A model generated the notes under the pieces. The model saw only the letters and a list, made by a program, of their open reading frames with translations. It had not been told where the DNA came from and searched no databases. A program made the translations under genes and the position numbers. From Dipteris shenzhenensis (lineage: Eukaryota): 64,000 nucleotides of DNA. The stretch lies in the NCBI GenBank assembly GCA_047967505.1, contig CM106538.1; one strand, written 5' to 3'. Position 1 is the stretch's first letter, and each line of letters begins with the position of its first letter. This document shows positions 1 through 13,021 of the stretch, piece by piece.

Positions 1-460
1 GAGTGTGCCTGTTCTGCATTAGCCGAGAAAAAAACATCATATGTTTGAGTTTAACGAAGCATTTTTTGCCTCTTCTCGAAAAAAGGTGGTGTTCAAAAAC
101 ACCAATCTCAAACCTAGCCGCCTTTCCTTGCTGCCGAGTGCCCTTCGGGCCTTTGGGCTTGAGTGGGGGTTCTAATATGCAACGCCAAGCAGTTCCGTTC
201 CACTTATTATTGAGTGAATCAGAATCAACACTAGTCCTTGATATTTTGTCGAGTGTGCAAAACTTGCAACCACAAAGCAATGGTCTGCAAAAAAAAAGAT
301 AAAGAAAAAAGATCAATGTCATACCTTCCAAATATTTGTCAGTATTCAATTAAATTATTGTTGTGCAAGGAAAAAAAAGTCATGCTTTTCAAGCACCTTC
401 ACTCCATTATGGAGTCAGCATCAGAGTGGAATCTGTTCTATGAGACAAATTGGATAAAGC

Positions 461-3400
461 TCACTTGCGTGCAATGGTTGGTATCTTCACCTTGATGGGG
501 AGGTTGCTGCTCTTCGAGGAAACCTTCTTTGAGAGGTTACATTTTGGAACCCATGACCATACAATAGCATCAATAGATTCCCAACGTGGAGGATCACCTT
601 TATTGCACATCCAAATCTTGTTCCAACAATCTGCATATACCTCCTCAATTTGTGCATTGTGTCTTTTGCATATAGGTGCCCAATATTGTATGAAAACCTT
701 CTTGAAATTTTTAGATTTATTATCCTTCTGTACATCAGTTTGAGCAATGCCTAGCCAAATTGGGTAGATTTTTTCTGCTGGTCGGACCAAAAGAAAGTGT
801 CCTTTTTGTACATCAACCATTGGATCAAATGATTGTTTTGGCTTTTTCCTTTGAGGTCTACAATAGTGATCATTCAACTCTTCAATTCCTTGAAACTCAT
901 CATTTTCATTATCAACTACTTGCACACAATCAACATGTTGCGTCTTTGGCCAAAATCTCTCGTTTATGAAGTTCATCAATCATGTTCTTCCAGTACTTCA
1001 CTACCGGCTTGTAAAACTTTGTGAAAGATGCTTCTGGACCTTGCAGGTGCACCCATTTTTCCCAAAAGCGTACCAACTATCACATCTAAGTGATCCTTCA
1101 CATAGTTGAACATGGTTACACAAGGGGGCTCTCCACTTGGTAGCATTGGATGACCATCCGGATGTCTCTTCCACAACTCAATGCCACCTTCACTTGGTTG
1201 CCAATCTAATGATCGTGGATGCACTTTATATTGCATGATAGGAACATTTCGCATAAAGAACCGAAATTGGAGAGGGTTTGAGTGTCCCACTAAAGAATCT
1301 TTCCCATCGCATAAGCATCCATCAACATAGCTCTTGAAATTAGGGACTTCCGTTACCAAAAATAGCATTGGAGAAGACTCCTCACATTGTCTAAAAGTAT
1401 CCATGAGATGTGCAAATGTCAATGTTTGACTAGTTCTTAACCTCTTTGAAAACCTGCTAAACATTGCATCAATATCCTCATGTGTATGCCCAACCATCAA
1501 GAATCCCAATTGAATTGACTTGAAAATCCCTCGAACAACAAGTAATGATAGGTATGCAAACAAGTACCTATTCTTGTTTTCAGAACCACAATTATCCAAT
1601 TGCAACAATAGGTATTCGGGTAGTTTCTTATAAGGATTTTCTTGATGGGAACTTCCAAGTTCAAGGTTTTTGAATGTTCCACCCACTGCTGCAAGATGAA
1701 GTTGTTGCTTGCCATTAGAAACATAGTGAGAATCCAATGCTTCTCTTGAGGTTAGTGTGTCAAGCAGAGCATTGCCAGACCTTGGCATCCCATCATGTAC
1801 CAAATCTCCAAGTGCATGGTTATCAAATCTTTCAAGATTTCTCAAACACAAAGCCAATGAACCAATTGTGAAGTTAGGATCCGATGGCCACAAGAATAAA
1901 GAAAAGTGACCATAACATCCTTGACCATGTCCATGTGTTATCATGCCAGTCAAAGCCACTGGGAGTTGAAAGGATTTGTCTGTGTCCTTTGAATGATTGC
2001 GTAATCTAGGGATGGCTATCTTCTTTTGGTCCATCTTATCATGGATAATGCATAAGTATGTCTGAGGATACATTTCAAAAAATCTGCGCCAAGTGTAGTA
2101 CACATTTCTACAACTTTTTTGTTGTAACATGTGCTTTCTTCTATCTTCCATCAACTTATTACATTCATTTTGGATTTTGTTACTGCAAGCTGAGCCTTGA
2201 TTGCACTACATAAACCACACTTAGAGAATTCACTTGTTTTTGAAAAAGTTACATGCTTGAATTCAGAGTTCCATATGCGGTTGAACGTGGAAGTTGACAT
2301 CTCCTTACAGCCCAAACTATGCTTTAATTGCATGTTAACTTCATAGAGAATATCAACCTGCTTGTATACATCCGGTATCACCAATTGTGTTTCCCTTGAT
2401 CCATCCTGAAGTGTTCTACTTTTGTGTGGCTTACGCTCAGAATTGTTATCCACAAAATCTTAGATTATGGCTCTACCCAATTCTGTGTGGTCCCAACCTC
2501 TCCACACGATTCCTTTATTACCATGTATGCACATTCGTATACCACTATCAAATTGCTCCCTGTATCGATAAAATGTTGTTTTTGGAATACCATGCATTTC
2601 ATAACATGCTCTACAAAAAACTTGAATACCATTCAATGAAAAGACATATTTGAACGGCCCATTGTCATCTTTTCAACAAGCAACCCCAAGAGTGTCATAT
2701 ACATAATTGGTGCGAGCCTCCAAACTTTGGCCCCAAAATTCTATGCGTAATTTGGATATCATTTGACAATCGGCAAATTGACAACAATTTTGTTTACAAC
2801 AATTAATCATAGATACTTTTGTGATTGCATCCCTTGTGAGTCTAGATGATGCTAATGGCATGCCATGTTTTTTAGCTTTCCTCTTTATCATGCAGTAACG
2901 CCTCTTTTTTGTGGATTTTTCCATTGGGTCCTCATCTTCCATGTGCTTTTTCCCAGAACCACTTGGAGAATTCATGGTGTCATTGATTCTTAATGAAGTT
3001 CCATCTAAAAAGGTTATTTGTGCAATGGGCCATTTTATTAAGTGGATGGTATCGATGCCTGATACATCACTATGATACTTTTCAATTTCCACACCTAGAT
3101 TACCTTCACCAAGCATCTCAAAATTTATAGGTTCAAATGGGTAGACATACAAAATAACACCCTCTGCAATGCTCTTGGTTTTTTGCTCATCCCATATTTA
3201 AACTTTCTTGTCCTTCCATGATTTTCGAATGGAAAACTCATCATATTCACATAGAGGTTCAACGTTAATGGTATCTGATGTTATATCATTCATTGGTACA
3301 ATAGCTTCATTGACATTGTCCACACAACTCATTGATCATGCTTTCCAATGAACAACACTACCCAAAGCCTTATAGACTAAGAATGCATCTATTGTAGGAA

Positions 3401-3587
3401 ATGGAAGAAGTGCACTTTCATCCATACAAATATCGATCACCACCGATACATTGTTTTCTCCCAAGGGCACACCTTGGCACATGTCATCATGTGATGTAGA
3501 GAATATTGTCCCAATGGCAACAATCTTTCCACTGACAAGCAAGTTGACTTTAACCCCCACTTTCAATGTGGCACCTGCATAGTACAT
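461..3587 (-). pseudogene. Sola-like/DUF7869-type DDD transposase of element A, disrupted by stops and frameshifts
   Basis: ORF pieces 3336-3587, 2673-3152 and 2151-2453 share one frame and are separated by stops; 976-2154 and 461-979 are frameshifted. Motifs HDKMDQ, QLDNCGSENKN and FLMVGHTHEDIDAMFS, Cys clusters CCKQNCC and CGLC, and an N-terminal TNP1/En/Spm-like domain (VAIGTI...PLGENNVSV...LPFP...VVHW). Colinear with the transposase at 22106-25814. Confidence 0.85.
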
Positions 3588-3646
3588 AGCATTTGTTATA
3601 GTTCAATATTGATATCTAATGGTGTGACTTAGGATGAAAATGCTTT

Positions 3647-4377
3647 ACAAGATTTCATTGCAAGACCAAATCTTCCTAAACCTTGGTGCTTTGAATTTTA
3701 GGCAGCAAAATTTGGCTACATGGCCAAATCTTCACAGACCATGGTGCTTTGAAAGGGAGATAGCAAGATTTGTCCACACAACCAAATCTCCCGAGATGCT
3801 GGTGCTTTAAAGAAGCCATCAAGATTTATCCACACATCCAAATCTACTTAGACCTTGTGCTTTGAAAGAAGCCCACAAGATTTGGCCACATGGTCAAATC
3901 TCCCCAGACCTGGGTGCTTTGAAAGGAGCCAACAAGATTTGGCCACATGGCCAAATCTCCTAAGACACTAGTGCTTTGAAAGAAGCAATAAGATTTGGCC
4001 ACACAGACAAATCTGCTCAAACCTTGGTGCTTTCAAAGAAGCTAGCAAGATTTGGATGCACGGCCAAATCCTTCGAGACCTTGGTGACTTCTTTCAAAGC
4101 ATTGAGAAGACTTGGTTGTGGCATTCTTTCAAACTTGGGGAGATTTGGTCGTGTGGCCAAATCTTGTAGGCTTCTTTCAAAGCACTAGGGTATGGAGAGT
4201 TTTGGCCATGCAACCTCCTCTTGCATGCTTCTTTCAAATCACTAGGTTCTGGGAGATTTGGCTGTGTGGCCAAATCTTTCAAAGCATTAGGGTTTGGGAA
4301 GATTTTGCCATGCTGCCAAATGTTGCTAGCTTCTTTCAAATCACTAGGAAGATTTGGCCACATGGACAAATCTTCAA
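3647..4377. repeat. Palindromic tandem satellite, left block (AGATTTGGCC-N4-GGCCAAATCT core, units of about 48-60 bp)
   Basis: Recurrent aagatttggccacatggccaaatctccc..tggtgctttgaaagaagc units. Unit orientation flips near 4090. Confidence 0.9.
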
Positions 4378-5502
4378 ACGTTAAATTAAAAAATTGAAAA
4401 TCCAGATTTTAAAATTTAAAATTTAAAGTTCAAAATTCAAAATTCAAAATTTAAAATAAAAAATTCAAATTTCAAGTTTCAAAATTTGAAATTCAAATCT
4501 AGAGATCCTACTTTCAAAAAAATCGTACATGCTTTTCATGATTCATGCTATTACACTTTAAAATCATACTATTACTTTAAAAGCAAACTAGAAAATCTAA
4601 AACTATTAAAAAACCAAAACTTTAAAAGGCAAAGCTAAACAAACCTTTTAAACCAAGTATAAAAAGTAAACCTATGAGAAGGAATTGAATTCATCTTCAT
4701 GGGGGATCAAGTGCTAGGCTCACCTTGTTCTCTCCCTTCCTAGATCTCAAATGTGTAACTAGGGTGGTTTGAGAGCCTTAGGACAATTTCTTAGATGGGG
4801 TAGTTCTTGGAAAACACTCCTCCACCCTTGGTTAGCTAATTGCAAGCAAAAAAGTTCAAAACTATGTCAGAATAAGAGGTCCCGAGAGGCTCCCCATCCC
4901 AGTTTTGTTCTAACAGTGTGTACTTAATTAGGTAGGTTTTAAACTTCCATTACCAATTCAACTCTCCATAGATTCCACATGCAATAGTTGGATTAGAAAG
5001 AGGTCTTTTTTTTTTTTTGGGCTCTACATGCTTTTGGGGGGATTGCTCCTTCCCCCCAAAGCATGCATTTTTGGGGGGATTGCTTCTTCCCCCCAAAGCA
5101 TGCTTTTTTGGTGGGGTTGCGTCTTCTTGCTCTAATCTTGGCTTGCTTCTTCCTGCTTTTTCTTCCTCTGCCCAAATTTGGGACCTCTCCTCCACAACCG
5201 CTGCTTCTTCCTCCTTCTCCATGTCTTGAGAGCGCTGCTCTTGCATTTTCCTCCGCACTGTTTCGGCCTATTCTTGCCTTCAAAACCACAAGTTTCCTTC
5301 AATCGGTGCTACTCTTGCATTTTCCTTTGCATTGTTTTGGCCTATTATTGCCTTCAGAACCACAAGTTTCCTTCAAACGACGAGGCTTCTTGAGTAGGCG
5401 CAAAGGACAAGACAAATCTATTTCTTCTTCACAGGCCTCAGCAGGCCCATTCTTCTTCACTAGTGTGACCGTCAATGAAGCTTCTGTCTCGTCAACAACA
5501 GC

Positions 5503-5820
5503 CTAGAGCTTCTCCTTTTCTGAGTTAATCTTCCCACTTGCTCCTCGATTCTGCCACGATAGTCTCCTCCTACGACTGCTCTTTCTCGCAAGTTCTTTCT
5601 CGGGCGAGTGCTTCTTGTCTTGTCCTTTCCTATCGTCCGTAGGGTCCGTTCTATCTCCAAACGAGATCTCATCTAAATAACGGTCCAGTAAGTCGAGGAT
5701 TTCATCGATGGTCTCCCTATTGGGTGAGGCATTCCACTTGCTCCAGAAGTTGGAGTAACAGCCAAGGCAATCACACCCAAAGGTGGGTTTATGCGTTGCA
5801 GCACTTGACTTGGAAGACAT
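5503..5820 (-). pseudogene. Captured fragment of a conserved uncharacterised plant protein family
   Basis: HKPTFGCDCLGCYSNFWSKWNASPNRETIDEIL matches the HPPxFxCxCFxCYxxYWxRWDxSPNRxLIHEII motif I recall from a land-plant family. The frame continues past a TAG at 5503. Confidence 0.6.
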
Positions 5821-6285
5821 AGCGGCCTTCCAGGGTTTCGAAACAGATTTACCCGAAATCCCCTCTTGACGCTCCTCTCTCCTGGTATAGCTACAGCTCC
5901 ACTCCTCTGTTGGACGAAATCCTCTCTTAACGCTACAGCTACTCTCTCTACAGCTCCTACGATTGCTTGAAATCCAAAGAGCACAAGCTCACAAACAACA
6001 ATGGCTACTCAATCATCCAAGTAAGAAAACGAAAGAAATCGAAAGTGTACCTAATTCATGCATGTTCTCCATTTTTTCCATTTCAGAACACCACGATTTG
6101 AAAGAAAAAGTCTTGTAAAAGTAGGAATCTCGAAGTGTGATTTGAAAGTAGGGTCTTTAGTATATGATTTGACTTTCAGATCTTGAAATTTGAAATTTGA
6201 ATTCTGTATCTAAGATTTTAAATTTTGAATCTAAGATTTTGAATTTTTCAGATTTGAAAAGATTTGAATTTTAAATTTTAAATGG

Positions 6286-7425
6286 GGAGATTTGGCCATG
6301 CAGCAAAATCTTTTGGCTTCTTTTAAAACATATAAGATTTGGCTGTACGGCCAAATCTCCCTAAACCTTAGTGATTTGAAAGAAGCTATAAAGATTTGGC
6401 ATCACAATTAAATCTTCCTAAACGTTGCTGCTTTGAAAAGATTTGGCCACACAACCAAATCTTCCTCGACACTCGTGATTAGAAAGAAGATAGCAAGATT
6501 TGGCTGCATGGCCAAATCTCCCTAGACCCTCATGATTAGAAAGAAGCTAGCAAGATTTGACTGCACGGCCAAATCTCCTTAGACCCAGGTGATTTAAAAG
6601 AAGTTAGAAAGATTTGGCATCACAACCAAATCTCCCCAAATCCTGCTGCTTTAAAAAGATTTGGCCACACGGCCAAATCTCCCTAGACCCTTGTGATTAG
6701 AAAGAAGCTAGCAAGATTTGGCTGCACACTCAAATCTCCCTAAACCCTCGTGACTTATAAAAAGCTAGAAAGATTTTGCATCATAGCCAAATCTCCCCAA
6801 ACCTTAGTGCTTTGAAAAGATTTGGCTGCATGGCCAAATCTCCCCAAACCCTGGTGCTTTGAAAATATTTGGTTGCACGGCCAAATCTCCCCAAACCTGG
6901 TGCTTTGAAAAGATTTGGCTACACGGCCAAATCTCCCCAAACCTAGTGCTTTGAAAAGAATTGGCTGCACAGCCAAATCTCCATAGACCCTTGTGATTAG
7001 AAAGAAGCTAGCAAGATTTGACCGCACAAAAATCTCCCCAAACCCTGGTGCTTTGAAAAGATTTGGCCGCATGGCCAAATCTCCATAGACCCTCGTGATT
7101 AGAAAGAGGCTAGCAAGATTTGGCTGCACGGCCAAATCTCCCTAAACCCAAGTGATTTAAAAGAAGCTAGAAAGACTTGACTGATTTGAAAGAAGCTAGC
7201 AAGATTTGGTTGCACAGCCAAATCTCTCCAAACCCTAGTGCTTTGAAAGAAGCCCACAAGATCCTGGCCACAAGGCCAAATCTCCCCAAACTTTGGTGCT
7301 TTGAAAGAAGCCCATATGATTTGGCCACACATCCAAACCTCCCCTTCTAGTGCTTTAAAAGAAGCCCATACGATTTGGCCACACAGCTAAATCTCCCTAG
7401 TGCGGCCAAATCTCCTTAGAATCTA
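6286..7425. repeat. Palindromic tandem satellite, right block (same family as 3647-4377)
   Basis: About 20 units of agatttggc-N-gccaaatctccc..gtg(c/a)tttgaaa. Confidence 0.9.
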
Positions 7426-7501
7426 GTGCTTTCTCAAATCTACTACTATTTCTAGTGTCAATTCTAGATTCTATTTCAGATATGTTTATCAATAATGCAT
7501 T

Positions 7502-8044
7502 TTGTCTAACATTAAAGATTATAAAGATGATAGTTTGTATATTGCTTGGGTTTTTTACAAGAAAGACAAAAATGTGAAGAAGGTTGAGAAAGTTGCAAGT
7601 GGATTTGGAGAAAAAAGCATACCTTGGTACTTTGACATATATAGTATTGAGGGAGCACAGTTGACACGAGTTCACTTATTTGTTTTGTTACCTAATAAAA
7701 GCGCATACACTTGTGTTGGATCGGTACATCAAATCACTAAAGATGTGGTTGGAAAAGAGGGAGATATTGGATTGTTTATAAATCAAAATAAGAAGTTTCT
7801 CTTGGATTCCAGCGATTATGAAGCATCTCGTATGAAGTCTGATGTAGATGGCAACATGCACTCAAGAGGCTGGATAAGTGTTGAATTAATTAATGGAAAT
7901 GATATTGAGGCAAAATGCATTGCTATGGTTCTTGGATGCAAGGAAAGGGGAATCATTGCCGGTGCTGCAAGGGGAATCACTGCCGGTGCTGCAAGGGCAT
8001 TCTTAGCCAACTTGATTCGATTTTATTGCATAGACAACCCTTAG
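7502..8044 (+). CDS. Unknown 180-aa ORF, probably an upstream part of the element A cargo gene
   Basis: Open, non-repetitive frame directly downstream of the satellite and upstream of the SET region on the same strand. No recognisable domain. Confidence 0.35.
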   Translation: MSNIKDYKDDSLYIAWVFYKKDKNVKKVEKVASGFGEKSIPWYFDIYSIEGAQLTRVHLFVLLPNKSAYTCVGSVHQITKDVVGKEGDIGLFINQNKKFLLDSSDYEASRMKSDVDGNMHSRGWISVELINGNDIEAKCIAMVLGCKERGIIAGAARGITAGAARAFLANLIRFYCIDNP

Positions 8045-8415
8045 GGAATGTGAGTGATCTTGTTAATTAGAGTTGTAGACACAAATGCTCAGCTAAAACA
8101 TTTGTACCTACATTTTGATTTATATTTGGACACTATTTGGTTAGATTCGATTTGCAAAACATTATGTTTCAATTTGTTTTGTGAAAGAATTAATAGACAT
8201 TGAGTTAGTACCTTGTCCCAAAAATGCTATGTGCTTTGTGATGTGAGTTTGTATTCCTCCACTGAAAGAATGATTCTTTGATTTTAAACATATGATAGGT
8301 GTTGCAGATTGTCCTAAAAAGTTGAAGAGCTATCTTATTACAAATTTTGATCCTGCATCCAATGGCTTATGGAAACATAAATTGCCCATAACCATTGAGC
8401 ACGTGTTTGAAATGA

Positions 8416-8829
8416 ATGAAATCAACAATACCAGGGGCAACATATGGTCTTTTTGTACATACGAGCATCAAGAAGAAGCAAGATTTGATGGTATATAATG
8501 GTTCAAAGTATGATTATGATACTTGGAGATCTCTCCTCAAGTTTTTCCCGAGGATGAAGACTTATGGAATGTTTGAAGATCCATTCATTGAGCCATTGAC
8601 AGATGTGAAATGTATTGTGGGAGATGTATTGTATGGAAACATTGCTGGATATATAAATAGCTCAATGTATTATAAAGAAAGAACAAACGTTATATTTGTA
8701 TACATCCCTAAAATACCACCTTGAGCTGAAAAGTGACAAGGAAATTTGAGTGCCCATGGCTACATTACTGTGCAAACCATAAAGGATATCTCCTTCAGAG
8801 ATGAGCTACTTTGTGAGTATGAATACTAG
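8416..8829 (+). pseudogene. SET-domain (lysine methyltransferase-like) pseudogene
   Basis: KSTIPGATYGLFV...IKKKQDLMVYNG (motif I) and GNIAGYINSS...NV (compare GNxARFINHS). Reading through two in-frame TGA codons gives YITVQTIKDISFRDELLCEYEY* (compare RDIxxGEELxxDY), with the stop at 8827-8829. Confidence 0.8.
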
Positions 8830-9022
8830 TATGGAATTGTTAATGATTATGTTAAACAATGTGGTGCAAAATTGGCTATGTGTCAATGATTTTGATTATA
8901 TTTAGTACAAGAAAGCAATTAAAAAAAAGGTTTGTATCAAGACCATGTCTCTGAGTTTCATGAGCTCTATTGTGATGGAGAGTTTCATAAGCTCTATTGT
9001 GATGGAACGGTGTTTTTGAACA

Positions 9023-9256
9023 CCACATTTATATGATGGATGTCAAAGCTCTACCATAATCCTATTGCATATGTCAATACTGCAATTTATCAAGTTCATA
9101 GAAACATATGCATTTGACATTAACTTGATACATCTAATATACCAAATAAAAATTGACAGTTGTTGCAAGTTTAATTTTGTTTATGAAGACCACATTTATA
9201 TGATGGATGTCAAAGATCTATAACAATCCTATTGCATATATCAATACTGCAATTTA
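9023..9256. repeat. Direct repeat of about 67 bp (9023-9089 and 9190-9256)
   Basis: ccacatttatatgatggatgtcaaag...cctattgcatat.tcaatactgcaattta occurs twice. Confidence 0.85.
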
Positions 9257-9854
9257 ATTTACTCCAATGAATCTTCGTAACGCAACATCTATAAATTGGC
9301 TTTTGTTTGTGGTTTCGATGCATATGAAACAACAAACATTTTTCTTTCACTAGCAAATCAACAAATATTTTGGCCATGGAGCCATGTTCACACCTATTAA
9401 GGCCTTTTGCCATAGCAACATACGGAATATTTTTGCTTGGGTTTCTAGGAATTGGGAAAGTATTGTGCATTGAAGCTTGGGTCCTCAATGGAGCTAATGT
9501 TTCAATAAAAAACATCAAATTTTACTTTTGAAGTGACTATATTTTATTTCGTGGGAATTGAGATTTTCCCTAATTCTCTAATATGGTGTTAATGATTAAT
9601 TTTGGCTCAGAGGCCATATGAAGCTTTTGTTTCAGAGGAGTACACCACTAATGCTTTGCAAGTGAAAGTTCAAGAGCAGAAAGATACTCTTCTATTGAGT
9701 TTCCAATAGTAATGAAATGAATACCAATCAATATAACTCATTATGACCTCCACTTATTTTGAGAATGTCAATTGTCGGAAGTTCTTATTATGATTTCAAT
9801 GGTAATCTGTTTATTTCAATAGGTAGTTTTTTTTGGATAAGTCTCTACCTATTA

Positions 9855-9925
9855 CAGCAACCAACTGTTTCTTTGTCTTCAACTGAAGCAGAACATAGAG
9901 CACTCACTACAGGTGCCTGTGAAAC
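9855..9925 (+). mobile_element. Short copia RNase H fragment
   Basis: QPTVSLSSTEAEHRALTTGACE is near-identical to the RNase H of the copia at 47404-47877. Confidence 0.75.
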
Positions 9926-10397
9926 AACAAGGGCTTTAATAAATTTCTAAATTTTATTGTAATAAAAGAAAAGTTTCCACCTAAGATAAAATTACCCTTT
10001 GAATGAAAATTTAGATTCAAATATCATAGGATGTTCTGATCAGGGTCGTGCACCAGGAAAGGCTACATAAAATGTGCATTCAAGGAGTAAATTTTAAAAC
10101 TATAGTTGCATACTTGTCCTACATTGATTTTCCTTTTAGAAAATTGAGAAATTTTTACTTTATGAATGGGAAAGCCCCTTTTGTATGTGTATTTGTATGA
10201 ATTTACTAGATTGAAAATTTCCTTATGTTGAACCCATGTCCTATGGTTACATATTTTTTGGGTGCATTCAGGGTGTCACCATTGGCTAAAGGAACCTCAA
10301 AAGAAGTACCTTTGTTTGGTGAAAGTATCAACAATAAATCTTTAATGTAGATATGTTTGCATGATTAATTTTTCTTATCATTATTATTGCTCTATGA

Positions 10398-10400
<3 letters not shown>

Positions 10401-10494
<94 letters not shown>

Positions 10495-10533
10495 GTGCCT
10501 GCACATGCGGCATGCACACACACACACACACAC
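10401..10533. repeat. (CT)n and (CA)n microsatellite
   Basis: About 92 bp of CT repeat followed by a CA run. Confidence 0.97.
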
Positions 10534-10534
10534 A

Positions 10535-12810
10535 GGTGAGAGTCCACCTCACACATGAGTAGACCTTGGGTCATCTGAGGCACGCAAAGGATATTTTGAC
10601 AATTGACATGCTGCTAGAGGCAGGGCCTTTCTCACACACTGGATGGATGAGATTGTCAGATCCTTTTGAGGAGGAGATCCAACCACTGGGTGGGGATTTC
10701 TATCAAAGGGGAAGTCACCTATCCCAATCACTAACATAGGTGTGTGGCACATGTATGCATACTCCCTCTATGATGCCCAGATGCAGACACCACTGGACAT
10801 GTCCTCTATGCCCAGCCCACGACTTGTCCCTTGTTTACCACATAGAATGTATGAGTGACACTCCACGGTCTACACAATCGAAAAGCACAGGATCATGACG
10901 GCCTATAGACTAAGCTCTTTGCACATGGGTAGGAGGTTTTAGCTCTGGTCCTAGTAGAGATGTTCAACCAAGCTATTTGTCACAACTTCCCACCTACTTG
11001 GAGCACCTCCACTATTGTGCCGATACATAAAGCCGGAGACCCTATGGAGACTGGGAACTACTGTACCCTCATGATTGGCCATTCTCTGGCCAAGATTTAT
11101 AGATCTATACTAGGGAGGGAGCTCAGTAGTCACACAGAGGCTCGGGGGTAGTGGGCACTAGAATAGACATGATTTCGGAGGCAACACTCTACTCTATATC
11201 ATATCTTCACTCTTAGGGCTATCATTGAGGAGGCAATGTCTAGACACTAGAAAGTCTACACATGTTTTGTAGACTTTCAGAAGACCTTTGACACTATCCC
11301 ATGATCCCACATGATCAAGAGACTACAAGAGATGCAGATTCTAGAGACACTAATTTGGCCCTGTGGTGAGCCTATATGAGTAACAATCTCAGAGGCAGAG
11401 GTCGTGTCACAAGTGGTTTATTAGACTAGGTCAAGAGCACGATTGGGGTGAAGCAAGGCTGTCCACTCTCACCAACCCTTTTCTGACTTTACATCAATGA
11501 GATCACATCCTTCATAGACCACCTAGGAGGTAAGGGATCACTACTGGCCGACCTCATGATACAAATATTACTATACGCTGTTGACATAGTCCTTATATCA
11601 TCTTTAGCAGAGAGGCTACAGAGACATCTGGAGGCTCTAGAGGTGTTTGGGGGGAGATCAAGAGAACTAACAGTCAACCTTCGAAAGACAAATGTTATGG
11701 TCTTCAACACCTCACATGCAGTAGCCCATTGTCTCAGCTTCACTTATCGTGGTGAGCTAGTGGAGATAGTGCAGCCCTACACATATTTGGGATAATTCCT
11801 CACATGACCCATTTTCACGATGACCCATGCAGCCCAGGAATGACTCACATGGGGGCGGAGTGCTTGAGCTCTCAGCTAGAGAGTCAGTGCTTCAGGCACA
11901 TCTCTAGGACCCACTAACAAAGATCTGGCTCTTCGACACACTAGTATGACCTATTGCCATGTATGTAGCACCCTTCTAGGGGCGTGATCTACCGAAGATC
12001 GAGTGGAGGAGATTCGAGTGGCTAGAGGTGATTATGGGGCCGAGGATGATTTGGAGTAAGTCTTTGGTTCCACATGAGATAGTACAGGCAGAGTTCTCCA
12101 TGAACCCTCTACAGGTTGATGCCATATTTTATGCAATGACATTCATCCACACAGTCTAGGAATTACCTCGATGGGACTACCGAGACTGGCCTTGGAGTCA
12201 CATCTAGATAACTAGTAGAGAGGGGAGCAAACACATGGTATGTACGGATATCCATATGGTTTGCCAGGCATGTCATTCAGATGAATAGGCTCACACCTTT
12301 TTAGTACAACATGAACACACCCCTTGAGTCACTCCCACGAGACAAGATTAACCGTATCATACAGTTAGATCTCCTCCATCACCATACATCTTGGACTTGG
12401 GGGGGACCAAGAGCTCCCCACCAAGTCCACATACTATCACGACCACTTCTTGAGAGTATCAGAGGAGGGATTCATCATCAAACCCTAGTATCTCAAGGAT
12501 AGAGGAGTCTAGCATGCAATGAGGATCGCCATTGGACAGATGTGTGTTTCATTTTATCAATTGAGAATCGAGATGTGGAGAGCAATAGGCATACCTAGAG
12601 AGTGAATCTGCATGCTATGCACACTAGGAGTGGTTGAGACAGAGGAGCATTTTCTATGTGCCTACCTATACAATTATTAGATCAGGGGACGTTAACATTG
12701 CCTCTAACAACACGGGAGCAGCTTCGACCCACTTTCACAACTGATCCACTTCCATGACCAAGTCTACATTGGCCTATATCTACTTGAGATGCGCTGACAT
12801 AGGTAGAATC
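10535..12810 (+). mobile_element. Degenerate 5'-truncated LINE (reverse transcriptase and C-terminal Cys/His motif)
   Basis: IVPIHKAGD...NY, VKQGCPLSPTLF near 11448, LLYAVDIVL (YADD-like), YTYLG and an ETEEHFL motif near 12640. Many stops. Confidence 0.85.
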
Positions 12811-13021
12811 TACTATGATAGATTAGAGACCATTAGGAGGTGACTAGACCACAGGGTATAGAGGCTAATAGAGCACAGTGACACATCACAAAAATCCCAT
12901 TGTCTCCCCTCATCTCCTTCCTATGGGCTGATTCCCAGATATATCCCGTCACTATCAAAACCCCTCTTTCTGGGATTTCATGGGTCTTGGTGTAGAAGAT
13001 CATGTCTCTATCGGTGTATGT

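Noticed and set aside
3647-7425. CRISPR-like appearance of regularly spaced palindromic repeats
   Set aside because: The intervening sequences are themselves repeated rather than unique spacers, there are no cas genes, and the context is eukaryotic.
10328-10558. ER-repeat and LS-repeat ORFs (similar ones at 19207-19505 and 42874-43116)
   Set aside because: They are microsatellite translations.
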